A stretch of DNA of 47,239 nt, taken from positions 1 to 47,239 of the forward strand of contig JAXLNO010000258.1 of NCBI GenBank assembly GCA_038087875.1, given 5' to 3'. The first letter of the stretch is position 1; each line of letters begins with the position of its first letter. Source of the stretch: Malacoraja senta (taxonomy: Eukaryota). A program made the position numbers and the translations under genes. Below are positions 10,801 through 22,894 of the stretch, piece after piece. The notes below the pieces were generated by a model. The model was not told the DNA's origin. It saw only the letters and a program-made list of their open reading frames with translations, and did not search any database.

Positions 10801-12286
10801 TTTCTTTACTTCAAACAAAAGATGAAGCATACAAATTAGCCAGAAAAAGCAGCCTACCAGAGGACTGGGAGAAATTCAGAGTCCAGCAGAGGAGGACAAT
10901 GGGCTTAATTAGGAAAGGGAAAATAGATTATGAAAGAAAACTGGTAGGGAACATAAAAACGGACTGCAAAACATTTTATAGACATGTGAAGAGAAAGAGA
11001 TTAGTTAAAACAAATGTAGGTCCCTTGCAGTCAGAAACAGGTGATTTGATCATGGGGAACAAGGACATGGCAGACCAATTGAATAACTACTTTGGTTCTG
11101 TCTTCACTAAGGAAGACATAAATAATCTGCCGGAAATAGCAAGGAACCGCGGGTCAAATGAGATGGAGGAACTGAAATCCAGGTTAGCTGGGAAGTGGTA
11201 TTAGGTAAATTGAATGGATAAATACTTCCGGTGGTGCCATGAAGTGGTGAAGGCACAGCATTGAGCTCAGTTCCCGCTAAATTCGCTAAAATCGTGTGAA
11301 ATCGGGACCAATTTAAAAACACTCACCGGGGCTGCTTGGCGTCGCGGGAGTGACGTCATCAGAAAGCGTCGAGAAAATCAGAGTATTATCGGGACTTTTA
11401 GATGAGTAAAGGAAAACATTTACGGGGACCCAAGAAATCGACTTCAAGAAGACTTGGAAGCTCTTCAAACAACAACTGAAAGCTCAGAAGAAGTGTTTGA
11501 TTCTCAACAAGCAGTATCCGAAATGGCTACAAGAGGAGAGACAAAAGAAAAGGAGAAAGAGATGAAGCAGTGGGAACAAATGGTAAGAGCTAACCTTACT
11601 AAAGATCTTACCAAAGATCTCACTAAGGAATTCTCCAAAATGCTTGCTAGTATGAATACTACAATGGAGAACAATCTCGCTAAAATGGAGGTTAACTTGT
11701 GTAAGAAAATTGATACTGCGCGTGATGAATCAAAGGAACAGTATGACTTTGAAGCAGCAGTTCATAGACTTGGATCAGAGGACAATACAAGAATTAGCGA
11801 GAATGAAAAATGAATATAATAAGAAATTTGATGAGCTGATTGAAGAGATGAAACATTCTCACAAGTTGACAAAAGAGATGATGGTTGAAATGCATGAGAT
11901 GTCTCAGGAAATATCGAACTTGAAAAAAGAACAGGGTGCTAATCGGGAGCAATTGAATAAATTGACTGAGAAATGTCAAGATTTGGAAGCTAGATCAAGG
12001 AGACAGAACTTAAGGATTATAGGAGTTAAGGAGGGACAAGAGTATGGAATTCAAATGACCAAACTTGTCACTGAAATACTCAAAGATGTCTTTAAGCTGA
12101 AGGAAAACCCGAGGATTGATGTGGCACATCGGGTAGGTCGCTTCCGAAGAGAAACAAATGCTCCCCCAAGACAGATCATCGTGAAATTCATAGACATTTC
12201 AACCCTGGAAAAACTCCTGAAGATGATACCGCATGGTGAGAGGCTCACATTCGATGGAGAGACTGTTAGATTCTACAGGGACTACC

Positions 12287-12489
12287 TGTAAAGAAGCTAT
12301 AACGACACATCGTTACTTTACTATCTTTATTCATACTGGAGCATTACATATTGCACTAGCTGTACGTGGTCTGTCACAGGAACTAGAGAGCGATCTGTGG
12401 GTGGGGAGGTTGTAGTTATACTTGTGATATGGGAGTGGTTAGTAGGTATGAGGTCACTATATTAAAGGCACATGCATATATCATCTACA
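12287..12489 (-). repeat. 3' LTR (203 bp)
   Basis: Differs from 15608-15811 by 2 substitutions and 1 indel; adjacent to the PPT. Confidence 0.96.
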
Positions 12490-12558
12490 TCCTTCCCCTT
12501 GGAAACGACAGGCAAATACAATAGTGACAGGGCGACCACGGCTCATGCGCTAGGACAG

Positions 12559-15541
12559 TTAAACAAAATCGCCATAGCGGACAGGCGGTTTGACAAGACG
12601 TCCCGACCGGGTTCGCATCTCGCCATCCTCCCTTCCGGCAGGAAGAAGAGGCACCGATGGGGGCAGACGAACCTGAAAGGGGGAAACGGGAGGAGACGGA
12701 GGAGACCGCGGCACCAGAACCGGAGGTGATGCGGGATCAGGAGCAGGCAGAGCACGGGCAGGCGAGCGAGGACTAGCCGGAGTAGGGTGGGATGGAAGGA
12801 GTTGAGGTGGAGTAGACCGTTGCATGTTAGGAAGGACGGGCAGAGCATCGCCCGGACGTGAAAACGGCAGTGGGGGAGCAAAGGGATCCACGGCAGACGG
12901 ACGCGGCTCGTTGACGAGCCGAAGGTGCTGGCGGGACCATCGGTAAATGGCTCCCACATGGTCGACGAGATAAGACCTGGGCGACCCCGCAGAGCCGACG
13001 ACGGTAGCGAGCTTGGAGTGACCGGAAGGGGTCTGCATGCGGACAACTTGACCGGGGAAGAGGCGCGGCAGCGGGTGGCAGGACCTGTCATGGGAACGCT
13101 TCTGGACATCGTGCCTGAAGGCAATGCATTTCTGAACTGCCGCAGGCGTGAGGACAGACGGTATAAGGGAACGCTGGGCCACAGGGAGCGGGAGTCTGGT
13201 AGCGCGAGACATGAGCCGCTGAGCAGGGGAACCCATGGCAGAGTCGCGGGAAATGTTGCGGAGGTTGAGGAGGGCCAGATAGAAATCGGAGTTAATACCA
13301 CGACATTGTTCCAGCAGGTTCTTTGCACTGCGGACGGCACGCTCGGCCAGACCGTTGCTTTGCGGGTACTCCGGGCTGCTGGTGAAATGGTGGAAGTTCC
13401 ATCTGGAAGCGAAAGCTTTAAACTCGGAGCTCGTAAACTGGCTGCCATTGTCTGACTGCAGGCTAGCCGGGGGGCCAAAAGTGCCAAAATGAGGGCATAA
13501 CCTGTCGATGACGGCCGAAGAGGTTAGGGAGTGCAGCCGGTCGACCTCAAACCAGCTGGAGTAGGAGTCAACGAGAACCAGGAAGTGTTTGCCCCGCCAC
13601 TCGAAAATGTCGACGGCAACCGCCATCCAGGGCCGTTCGGGCGCAGGCTGCTGCAGAAGCGGCTGGCGCTGCTGGTGGGGGGCGAGACTGTTGCAGGTGG
13701 AACACGAGGAGACCCTCTCCCGGATTTATTGGGCCATACCCGGCCAATAGAACTGGCTCCGGGCGAGAGACACGGTGGCTTCGGCCCCAGGATGTCCGCG
13801 GTGAGCGACCTGAAAATAGTGGTCGTGCAGCGCAGCAGGCACGACCACCTTGTGACCCTTCACCACCACGCCGTCGTGTAGTACGAGCTCGTCACGGACC
13901 AGAAAGTAGGGCACGGCACCAGCCGGCAGCGCGGAACGACGGTCAGGCCAGCCCCGCTGGATGACGGCAGAAAGCTGTTGCAGGGCAGGGTCATTGGTAG
14001 TGTGTTCAACCACGAACTTCATCTGCTGTGAAGGGACGATGTTCACTTGGAGCACCATTAGATCAGACATCTCATATGGGTGGCGAATGGTGGACGTTAG
14101 CGGGGCGCGAGACAACGTGTCGGCCACGAACATGTCCTTGCCCTTACGATAAACCACATCGAACATGAAGCGTTGGAGCTGCAGCATCATGCGCTGCAGG
14201 CGGGATGAGGCAACATGGATCGACTTGTTGAGAATGGTGACAAGCGGCTGGTGGTCAGTTTCAATGGTGAAAGTGTTGCCCAGGACGTAGTCTTTGAGTT
14301 TGGAGCAGGCAAACACCACGGCCAGTAGCTCCTTCTCGATCTGCGCGTAGTGCTGTTCGGTGGTGGTCATGGTGCGGGATAAGAAGGAGACAGGCAGCTG
14401 TAGGCCGTCATGGACCTGGAGACAGGCGGCACCGAGTCCGAACTGAGAGGCGTCGCAGGTGAGGACGATGGGACGCCACAGGTCAAAAAACTTGAGTGTG
14501 GGGGTGCTGATTAGCTTGGATTTAACGATGTCGAAGGCTTTCTGGTGGTGGGGGAACCAAACCCAGGACGTGTCCTTTTTTTATCAAATCCCTCAGGGGA
14601 GCGCTGAGCTCGCTGAGGTCGGGGATGAACTTCCCCAGGTAGTTTACCATGCCCAGGAAGCGTTGTAGGCCTGCCACATTAGTAGGAGAAGGCATCCCGG
14701 AAATGGCAGCCATTTTTTGCGGGTCCGGTTTCAGCCCCTCGGCGGTGAATACATGTCCAACATAGGTGACCTCCGGAACGCGAAATCGGCACTTCTTGGG
14801 GTTCAGTTTCAAGTTGATTTCCCGGGCCCGGTCCAGGACCTGGCGGAGGTTGAAATCGTGTTCGGCGACGTCATTACCATAAACGAGGATGTCGTCAATG
14901 ATAATGGCGCACGGTCGATCGGAAAACAGCTGTTCCATTGTCCGTTGGAATACCTCGCTGGCAGAGTTGATTCCGAATGGCATTCGGAGAAACCGAAATC
15001 TGCCGAAGGGGGTGGCGAAAGTTGTCAAGATGGAGGACTGCTCGTCAAGTGGTATTTGCCAGAAGGAGCTTTTGGCATCGAGGACAGAAAAAACCGTTGC
15101 CGGACCAACCTGTGCAGCGAATTCCTCTACCGTTCTCATAGGTTAGTGTGGGCGTCTAATGGCCAGGTTGAGGTCTTTGGGGTTGATGCAGATGCGTATC
15201 TCGCTTTTGCCCTTTTTCGCGGCAACAACCATGGTGGAGACCCACCTGGTGGGCTCGATGACCGCCTTTAGGATGCCCATTTTTACCATACTGTGTAGCG
15301 TCGACTCCACTCTGGCCTTCATGGCGAAGGAGTCACGGTGAGGTCCATTGACCACTGGTTCGACCTTGCGGTCTACTGCAATCTTGTAGCTGCAGGGCAG
15401 TTTGCCCAGCTCATCATCAAAGAGGTCGGGATATTCGGCGAACGGGTCCATGAGGGCCTGCACCTGGTGAATGTCACGGTGGAAGGATACCAGGCAGGGT
15501 AATGCATTTTTGATCGAGGAGATAGAAGGTGAGGGAAACAA
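12559..15541 (-). pseudogene. Gypsy pol (RT, RNase H, integrase) with stops/frameshifts
   Basis: LDAKSSFWQI, RMPFG, IIDD; YAQIEKELLA, TDHQPL, ADTLSR; HRGHPG; VDIF, SDNGSQF, AERAV; C-terminal RTRSGRLVKPPVRY. Confidence 0.95.
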
Positions 15542-15607
15542 AAAACTGGGACAAAATTAAATGATAAACCGATAGACAGGAGACGCAAGGTAAGAGGTAT
15601 GACACCA

Positions 15608-15811
15608 TGTAAAGAAGCTATAACGACACATCGTTACTTTACTATCTTTATTCATACTGGAGCATTACATAGTGCACTAGCTGTACGTGGTCTGTCACAG
15701 GAACTAGAGAGCGATCTGTGGGTGGGGAGGTTGTAGTTATACTTGTGATATGGGGAGTGGTTAGTAGGTATGAGGTCACTATATTAAAGGCACATGCGTA
15801 TATCATCTACA
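15608..15811 (-). repeat. 5' LTR (204 bp)
   Basis: Direct repeat of 12287-12489; adjacent to the TGG-starting PBS. Confidence 0.96.
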
Positions 15812-16909
15812 CTACCCACGCAAAATATTGGAGAAAAGGGATCAGTTTAAAAGAGCAAGTAATATCCTGCAAGGACAACCCAATGTGAGATACGGGGTGG
15901 TTTATCCAGCAAAGATGAAGATTACATACAACTCTACTCAACGCGCCTTCACGGATCCTGATCTGGTATTTAATTACGCACAAGATATTGTAAAGAAAAT
16001 AGAGAAAAGAGAAGAGAAGGACGATGATTAAATTTTTAATGGAAGACAATGCTGTAATTAAGATGGCGGAACTGCTCTAGACATTAACCAGACAGGCTTA
16101 TCTGTCAGGACTGTGTTTTCAATGACAGAGCCCTGGTTTCACCTTGAACGGAAAAGTTGAAGAGAAACAAAAGGGGAAAGCAGACATGCTGAAGTAAAGC
16201 GACCACATTCGAAAGAATTTAAAGGAAACTATGGACTTAAGAAAAGTTTTAATTAATACAGTATATACTTAATGTAAAGAATTAACTAACCATATAAACT
16301 TTATATTACTAATCGACAGTTAGGCTATTATACTAATATTATACTAATATGACTAACTAACGTATTAACTAATGGAGTTTGGGGGATAAGGGGCCTATAG
16401 AGGGTTAGATGGTTATTACTAACAGTTAAATAATTTTAATATAGCTGAAAGGAAACAAAATATAATTTAGGATGTATATTAATACATATCAATTAATGAA
16501 AATGGGTATAAGAATATTATAACATCATAAGCCTGTGGGAAAGAGGGAGGCGTTAATGATTTGGAAAAGTTCCAGAGGTTTGGGCTGGAAGACGGTTGTA
16601 CTTAAGATAAAGAAATTTAACCCTTGAAAAATGCTGGTAATTAAGGAAAAGATGATCAATCCTGGGTACAGGGACAAGGCCTGTTCCTATGCTTTATGAT
16701 TCCATGGCTATGATGCTGAGTAAGCACTATAGAAGGTTTAAAGCCTGGGTACATAAGAGAATATTTGAAATAGTACAGATGATGATAACTCTCTATTGAT
16801 GAAACTTTTTTTGTTTTATTCGGCCTGACTGGATAATGTTTTATTTTTTTTTAATGATTTTGGATATATTAAGAGGAAACGGCATGTAGTCGTCTATGAC
16901 ATTTTATCT

Positions 16910-17105
16910 AGGGGGCTGAGCTCAATGTATAATTCCAACTACGGAGGTCAATCAATTTTTGGCCATCATAGATGGCATCTCGAATTTAAGGTATCACCTT
17001 TTTGATACCTTAAAGTCAGGTTTTTTTAATTCACTTTTATGTGGTTCACTCAATAATTTTTCTTTTTTTCTTCACTATCTTTCAATACACTTTTCTCTTT
17101 TTCTC
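16910..17105 (+). promoter_or_regulatory. Conserved structured element plus U-rich tract in the L1-A inter-ORF spacer
   Basis: Sequence block shared with 39589-39635; hairpins at 16962-16976 (6 bp) and 16985-17014 (12 bp perfect). Confidence 0.55.
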
Positions 17106-17230
17106 ATGGAGGTTCAATAGACGGAGGAGATGTAAAATAACGTCAGAAGCATGGGACGATCTCCCCACACCCAAAATCCTGAGGTATTTAACTGCACCAC
17201 ATGAATCAAAATCACCAAAACCAATTAACA

Positions 17231-20200
17231 ATGCAAGACAATAGGAAAAAAAAAATGGAGGAATCACATTCTGTAGTTGGAATATTAGGGGTGCGAATGA
17301 CCCAATTAAGAGGGGCAAGATTCTGGCCCAGTTAAAATCTTTAAATGTGGACATAGCTTTTCTGCAAGAAACTCATACGAAACTACAAACACAGATGAGA
17401 CTGAGGGCAAACTGGATAGGCCAAACTTATCACTCGTCATTTACTGCTAAAGCTAGAGGAACGGCTATTATTATTCGGAAAGGTATACCATTTATATTAA
17501 AGAATATTATATCTGATAAAGAAGGAAGGTACACTATAGTGGTGGGAGAAATTTACTCTACACCATTGACTCTGATAAATATCTATGCTCCAAATTTTGA
17601 TAACCCCCAATTTTTAAAGAAAATTACAGATATAATAGATGAGCATAATTACCAAAATGTAATATTAGGGGGGGACTTTAATTGTGTTATAAACTCATAT
17701 TTAGACAAATCAATAAAACTAAGGAAGAGCAGCGTCAAATCCAAGAATAGCGAATTTTTAAACACATATATAAAAAACACTAATATAACAGATGTATGGA
17801 GAATAGTTAATCCAACTGGAAGGGAATACTCGTTCTACTCATCGGTACACAAAATCTACTCAAGAATTGATTATTTTTTAGTGGATACAAAATTAATCCC
17901 ATACACGATTAATCCTAAATATCATAATAGTATTATTTCTGATCACTCCCCATTGACTTTTACTTTAAAACTTGAGGGAATGGCAGGTATAAAATCTTTT
18001 TGGAGATTCAATACACAAATAGCTAATAACCCACAAGGTTACGAGTATTTAAAACAACAAATGACATTTTTTTTGGAGACAAACAAGACACCAGGTATTT
18101 CACCATCTTTACAGATTACAAAACAGGTACAGTTTGAATTTGGCGATAAACCACATAAACCACATAAACGTCTAGGGCGACAATTGAAGAAGCAAGAAAA
18201 GGAAAATACTATTATTAAAATCAAATCAGAGAATGGGGAACTATTAACTCCACCCAAGGACATTAATAAAAGGTTCACTCAATTCTATCAAAATGTATAT
18301 ACATCTAAAACTAAAATAGAAGACAATAAAATTATAAATTTTTTAGATAATTGTAATTTGCCAAAATTGGATATCTTAGAACAAGAGGAATTAGGAGCTC
18401 AGATCACGTGAAGAAATAAGAGAAACAATAAAAGAACTGAAAAATGGGAAGACACCAGGACCAGACGGTTTTAATAATGAATTTTATAAAAGATTTCAGG
18501 AGTTAATGGTCCCACGATTACTTAAATTATACACGTATGCCTTTACCGAAAAGAAATTACCAGAAACACTAGCAGAATCTACAATCACGATTATACCAAA
18601 AAAAGATAAAGATTTAGAAGATCCGGGCTCATACAGAGCCATATCACTTTTAAATACAGATCAGAAAATGTTAGCAAAGACTTTAGCAAGAAGATTGAGT
18701 AAATATATTAATAAATTGATAAACCTGGACCAAACGGGGTTTATACCTAAAAGACAATCATCTAATAATCTGAGCCGACTTTTTAATATAATGTATTCAC
18801 ATAAAATGGAAAAGGAAGACTTATCAGTTATATCTTTGGATGCAGAGAAAGCATTTGATCAGGTAGAGTGGCAGTATTTATACATAGTACTCCAAAAATT
18901 TAATATGGGAGATAAATTTATTAGATGGGTAAAATTACTATATGATAAACCGATGGCAAGAATATGAACTAATAATATGTTATCTCCAAAATTCCAATTA
19001 TCACGGGGCAATTTTTTTAAATTTATTTTTATTTAACCTTTATTTAACCAGGAGAAGTCTCATTGAGATTAAAAGTCTCTTTTACAAGAGAGTCCTGGCC
19101 AAGACATGCACCAGCACAGTTCCACAGTTACAGACAATAATTTAAAAACAACAGAGAACATATAAATAGAGTCACAGTCAGAATATCATCAATAGGCAGG
19201 GATGTGTTTTATCACCCCTGCTATTTGCCCTTATGATAGAGCCTTTGGCCCCATTATATCCGAATATTCAGGGATATAATACTAATGATTCTAATAACAA
19301 AATTTCATTATATGCAGATTATATACTTTTATATATTATAAATTCACAAACGAGTATCCCGAATTTACTAAATTTAATAGAGGAATTTGGTTCTTTTTCT
19401 GGATATAGAATAAACTGGAATAAAAGTGAAATTATGTCACTAAAGCCACAGAAAGCGAATCACCTATTAAAATTTCCATTTAAAATTGCAACGGAAAAAT
19501 TCAAGTATCTGGGTATTCAAGTTACTAGAAGATATAAATCATTATTTAACGCTAATTTTACTCCATTATTAAATAAATTGAATGCTCTGATTAAATTTTG
19601 GAAAACGCTCCCATTATCATTAATTGGCAGAATAAATGCTATAAAAATGATAGTTCTACCACAAATAATATACTTATTTCAATCCTTACCAATATATATA
19701 TATCCCAAAATATATATTTTTTAAATTAGACTCAAATATTACCAATTTTATCTGGGACTATAAAGCACATAGAATTAAAAGAAACCACGTGCAAACCTAA
19801 AGAGGTAGGGGGACTTACTCTGCCTAATTTTTTAATATTATTATTGGGCAGTGCATATTAAGAATATAATTTATTGGTTGGATAGTCCTTCTCAAGAGAT
19901 GGAATGGATAAGAATGGAGAAAGAGGATTGTTCTTCGTACGATTTAGGAGTGATCCTCTTCTCCACGATAAAATTGAACAATACATTATATAAGAAGAAT
20001 CCAATTATACATGATATAATACGAATTTGGAAACAAATAAAATTAACTTTAAAATTAAGAAACCTATCAGCACTAACACCAATAGTGCATAACCCGGTAT
20101 TTAAACCACCTCTTATGGATAAAACATATAGATGATGGGAAAGATTGGGAATTGAAAAGGTGGGTGACATGTATGAAATGGGAAATTTATTATCATTTCA

Positions 20201-20990
20201 ACAATTAAAATCAAAATTTAATCTGAATAACAACCAATACTTTAAATATTTACAGATATGTGACTTTATGAAGAAATATATACCAAGATTTCAGAGCATA
20301 ATGATAGACCCACTGGAAGAAGCAATGAATATTAAGGCGGACTCACAAAAATTAATATCATACCTATATAATAGTATTCTTAACAGAGAATTGCCATCAA
20401 CAGAGGCAATTAGAGAAGACTGGGAAAAAGAATTAATGTCAAAGTTTCCAAAGAAACATGGGAAAAGTATTTGATATATATACATACATGTTCGATTAAT
20501 GCTAGATACAATTTAATTCAATTTAAAATATTACACAGATTATATTATTCAAAAACTAGGTTGAATAAATTCTATTCAAATATTTCTCCCATCTGTGACA
20601 AATGTCTTTCTCAAAATGCCAATATTACACACTTTTGTTTCTTGCACAAAACTTCATAAATTTTGGTGTGATATATTTGATATATTCACTAGTCTATTTA
20701 AGATAAAAATGGAACCTAATATTGAAATGATTATATTCGGAGTAATGGGAGACAGGAACAAATTAAATATATCCCAAAATTCATATTTTAATTATGGTTT
20801 AATAATAGCAAAAAAACATATAAATAGATTTTGGGAAAATGCTACTATACCAACATTTAAAATGTGGACCAGTAATATGTTGGACACAGGCCACCTGGAA
20901 GAAATGAGACTCCTCCTAATAGACAAACAAGACCAATTCTTAACGAGTTGGTCTCCATTTAGATTTTTGGGATTAATGTGGTGCAACAGT
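17231..20990 (+). pseudogene. L1-A ORF2p (endonuclease, RT, C-terminal zinc knuckle), fragmented
   Basis: SWNIRG, FLQETH, NIYAPN, GGDFN, SRIDYF, SDHSP; YRAISLLN, DQTGF, LDAEKAFD, LYADY; CDKC. Confidence 0.93.
19013..19189 (-). mobile_element. 177-bp LINE 3' tail, Rex-Babar/RSg-1-like
   Basis: Minus strand ends CTTGGCCAGGACTCTCTTGTAAAAGAG...CCTGGTTAAATAAAGGTTAAATAAAAATAAA; flanked by CAAT (19009-19012, 19190-19193); removal restores SRGNRQGC in L1 RT. Confidence 0.75.
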
Positions 20991-22894
20991 ATCGTAAAAA
21001 TTAAAAGTTTCAGGAATGGGTGAAAGATGATCAAGAATATAAAAAAGCATCTCCTTGTGTCGAATGGATAATCTCCCTCCTGCTTCACTTTCCTACTTAT
21101 TTCTTTTCTTTACTAGCTCTTATTCTCTCCCCTTTTTTTCCACACACACTAGACTTTCATCTATTCTTTACTATCTCTTTCTTTCTTATCTCTCTCTTAA
21201 AAAAAAAAAAAAAGGAAGTTGTACAGAGAATGTATTATGTTAACATAATTTTGGGAACCTGTAAAAAGGTACCACTGTACTGTACTTACTTCTAATAAAT
21301 ATATATATATTTTTTTTAATTAAAAAGGCTGATAAAACCCCAGGGCCAGATAGGCTGCATCCCAGAGTACTTAAGGAAGTAGCCCCAGAAATAGTGGATG
21401 CATTAGTGATAATTTTTCAAAACTTCTTAGATTCTGGAGTAGTTCCTGATGATTGGAGGGTAGCTAATGTAACCCCACTTTTTAAAAAGGGAGGGAGAGA
21501 GAAAACAGGGAATTACAGACCAGTTAGTCTAACATCGGTAGTGGGGAAACTGCTAGAGTCAGTTATTAAAGATGGGATAGCAGCACATTTGGAAAGTGGT
21601 GAAATCATTGGACAAAGTCAGCATGGATTTATGAAAGGTAAATCATGTCTGACGAATCTTATAGAATTTTTCGAGGATGTAACTAGTAGAGTGGATAAGG
21701 GAGAACCAGTGGATGTGTTATATCCGGACATTCAGAAGGCTTTCGACAAGGTCCCACATAAGAGATTAGTATACAAACTTAAAGCACACGGTATTGGGGG
21801 TTCAGTATTGATGTGGATAGAGAACTGGCTGGCAAACAGGAAGCAAAGAGTAGGAGTAAACGGGTCCTTTTCAGAATGGCAGGCAGTGACTAGTGGGGTA
21901 CCGCAAGGCTCAGTGCTGGGACCCCAGCTATTTACAATATATATTAATGATTTGGATGAGTGAATCGAATGCAACATCTCCAAGTTTGCGGATGACATGA
22001 AGCTGGGGGGCAGTGTTAGCTGTGAGGAGGATGCTAGGAGGACTTGGATAGACTGGGTGATGTTGTATATTGTGGATAAATGTGAGGTTATCCACTTTGG
22101 TGGCAAAAACAGGAAAGTAGACTATTATCTAAATGGTGGCCGATTAGGAAAAGGGGAGATGCAAGGAGACCTGGGTGTCATGGTACACCAGTCATTGAAA
22201 GTAGGCATGCAGGTGCAGCAGGCAGTGAAGAAAGCGAATGGTATGTTAGCATTCATAGCAAAAGGATTTGAGTATAGGAGCAGGGAGGTTCTCCTGCAGT
22301 TGTACAGGGTCTTGCTGAGACCACACCTGTAGTATTGCGTACAGTTTTGGTCTCCAAATCTGAGGAAAGACATTCTTGCCATAGAGGGAGTACATAGACG
22401 GTTCACCAGACTGATTCCTGGGATGTCAGGACTTTCATATGAAGAAAGACTGGATAGACTCGGCTTATACTCGCTAGAATTTAGAAGATTGAGGGGGGAT
22501 CTTATAGAAACGTACAAAATTCTTAAGGGGTTGGACAGGCTAGATGCAGGAAGAGTGTTCCTGATGTTGGGGAAGTCCAGGACAAGGGGTCACAGTTTAA
22601 GGATAAAGGGGAAATCCTTTAGGACCGAGATGAGAAAAACATTTTTCACACAGAGAGTGGTGAATCTCTGGAACTCTCTGCTAGAGAAGGTAGTTGAGGC
22701 CAGTTCATTGGCTATATTTAAGAAGGAGTTAGATGTGGCCCTTGTGGCTAAAGGGATCAGGGAGTATGGAGAGAAGGCAGGTACAGGATACTGAGTTGGA
22801 TTATCAGCCATGATCATATTGAATGGCGGTGCAGGCTCGAAGGGCCAAATGGCCTACTCCTGCACCTATTTTCTATGTTTCTATGTTTCTATGT

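Larger units (their letters stand above)
12287..15811 (-). mobile_element. Ty3/Gypsy (Mag-like) LTR retrotransposon lacking gag and protease
   Basis: TG...CA LTRs at 12287-12489 and 15608-15811; TSD CTACC at 12282-12286 and 15812-15816; PPT AAGGGGAAGGA at 12490-12500; PBS remnant TGGTGTCA at 15600-15607; order RT-RH-IN. Confidence 0.96.
11454..16031 (+). pseudogene. L1-A ORF1p (coiled coil, RRM, CTD), split by the Gypsy insertion
   Basis: DLEARSRRQNLRIIG, IDVAHRVG, PRQIIVKF; removing 12287-15816 restores RFYRDYPRKILEKR...YPAKMKITY. Confidence 0.9.
11222..21320 (+). mobile_element. Full-length L1-clade LINE (L1-A) carrying nested insertions
   Basis: CpG-rich 5' end ACTTCCGGTGGTGCCATG; ORF1, ~1.2-kb spacer, ORF2; 3' TGTACTTACTTCTAATAAA followed by an AT-rich tail. 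Confidence 0.93.
10811..22894 (+). mobile_element. 5'-truncated young CR1 LINE (10811-11220 + 21322-22894), split by an L1
   Basis: ORF2 pieces join as ...[44 protein letters not shown]; (TTTCTATG)n tail; same subfamily as 37144-46638. Confidence 0.93.

Noticed and set aside
11205..11225. Target-site duplication for L1-A
   Set aside because: Only an ambiguous T(T)AAA overlap with 21320-21326; cannot be called.
11454..12291. Domesticated L1TD1-like host gene (also 37918-38837)
   Set aside because: Frameshifted ORF1s within complete L1 elements.
12543..15271. Long alternative-frame and antisense ORFs over Gypsy pol (e.g. 12543-13487, 12925-13455)
   Set aside because: Shadow ORFs of GC-rich coding sequence; no env-like or other recognisable features.
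16910..17030. Identity of the spacer structure as a dicistrovirus IGR IRES, twister or HDV ribozyme
   Set aside because: Diagnostic loops and pseudoknots were not found in both copies by eye; left unassigned.
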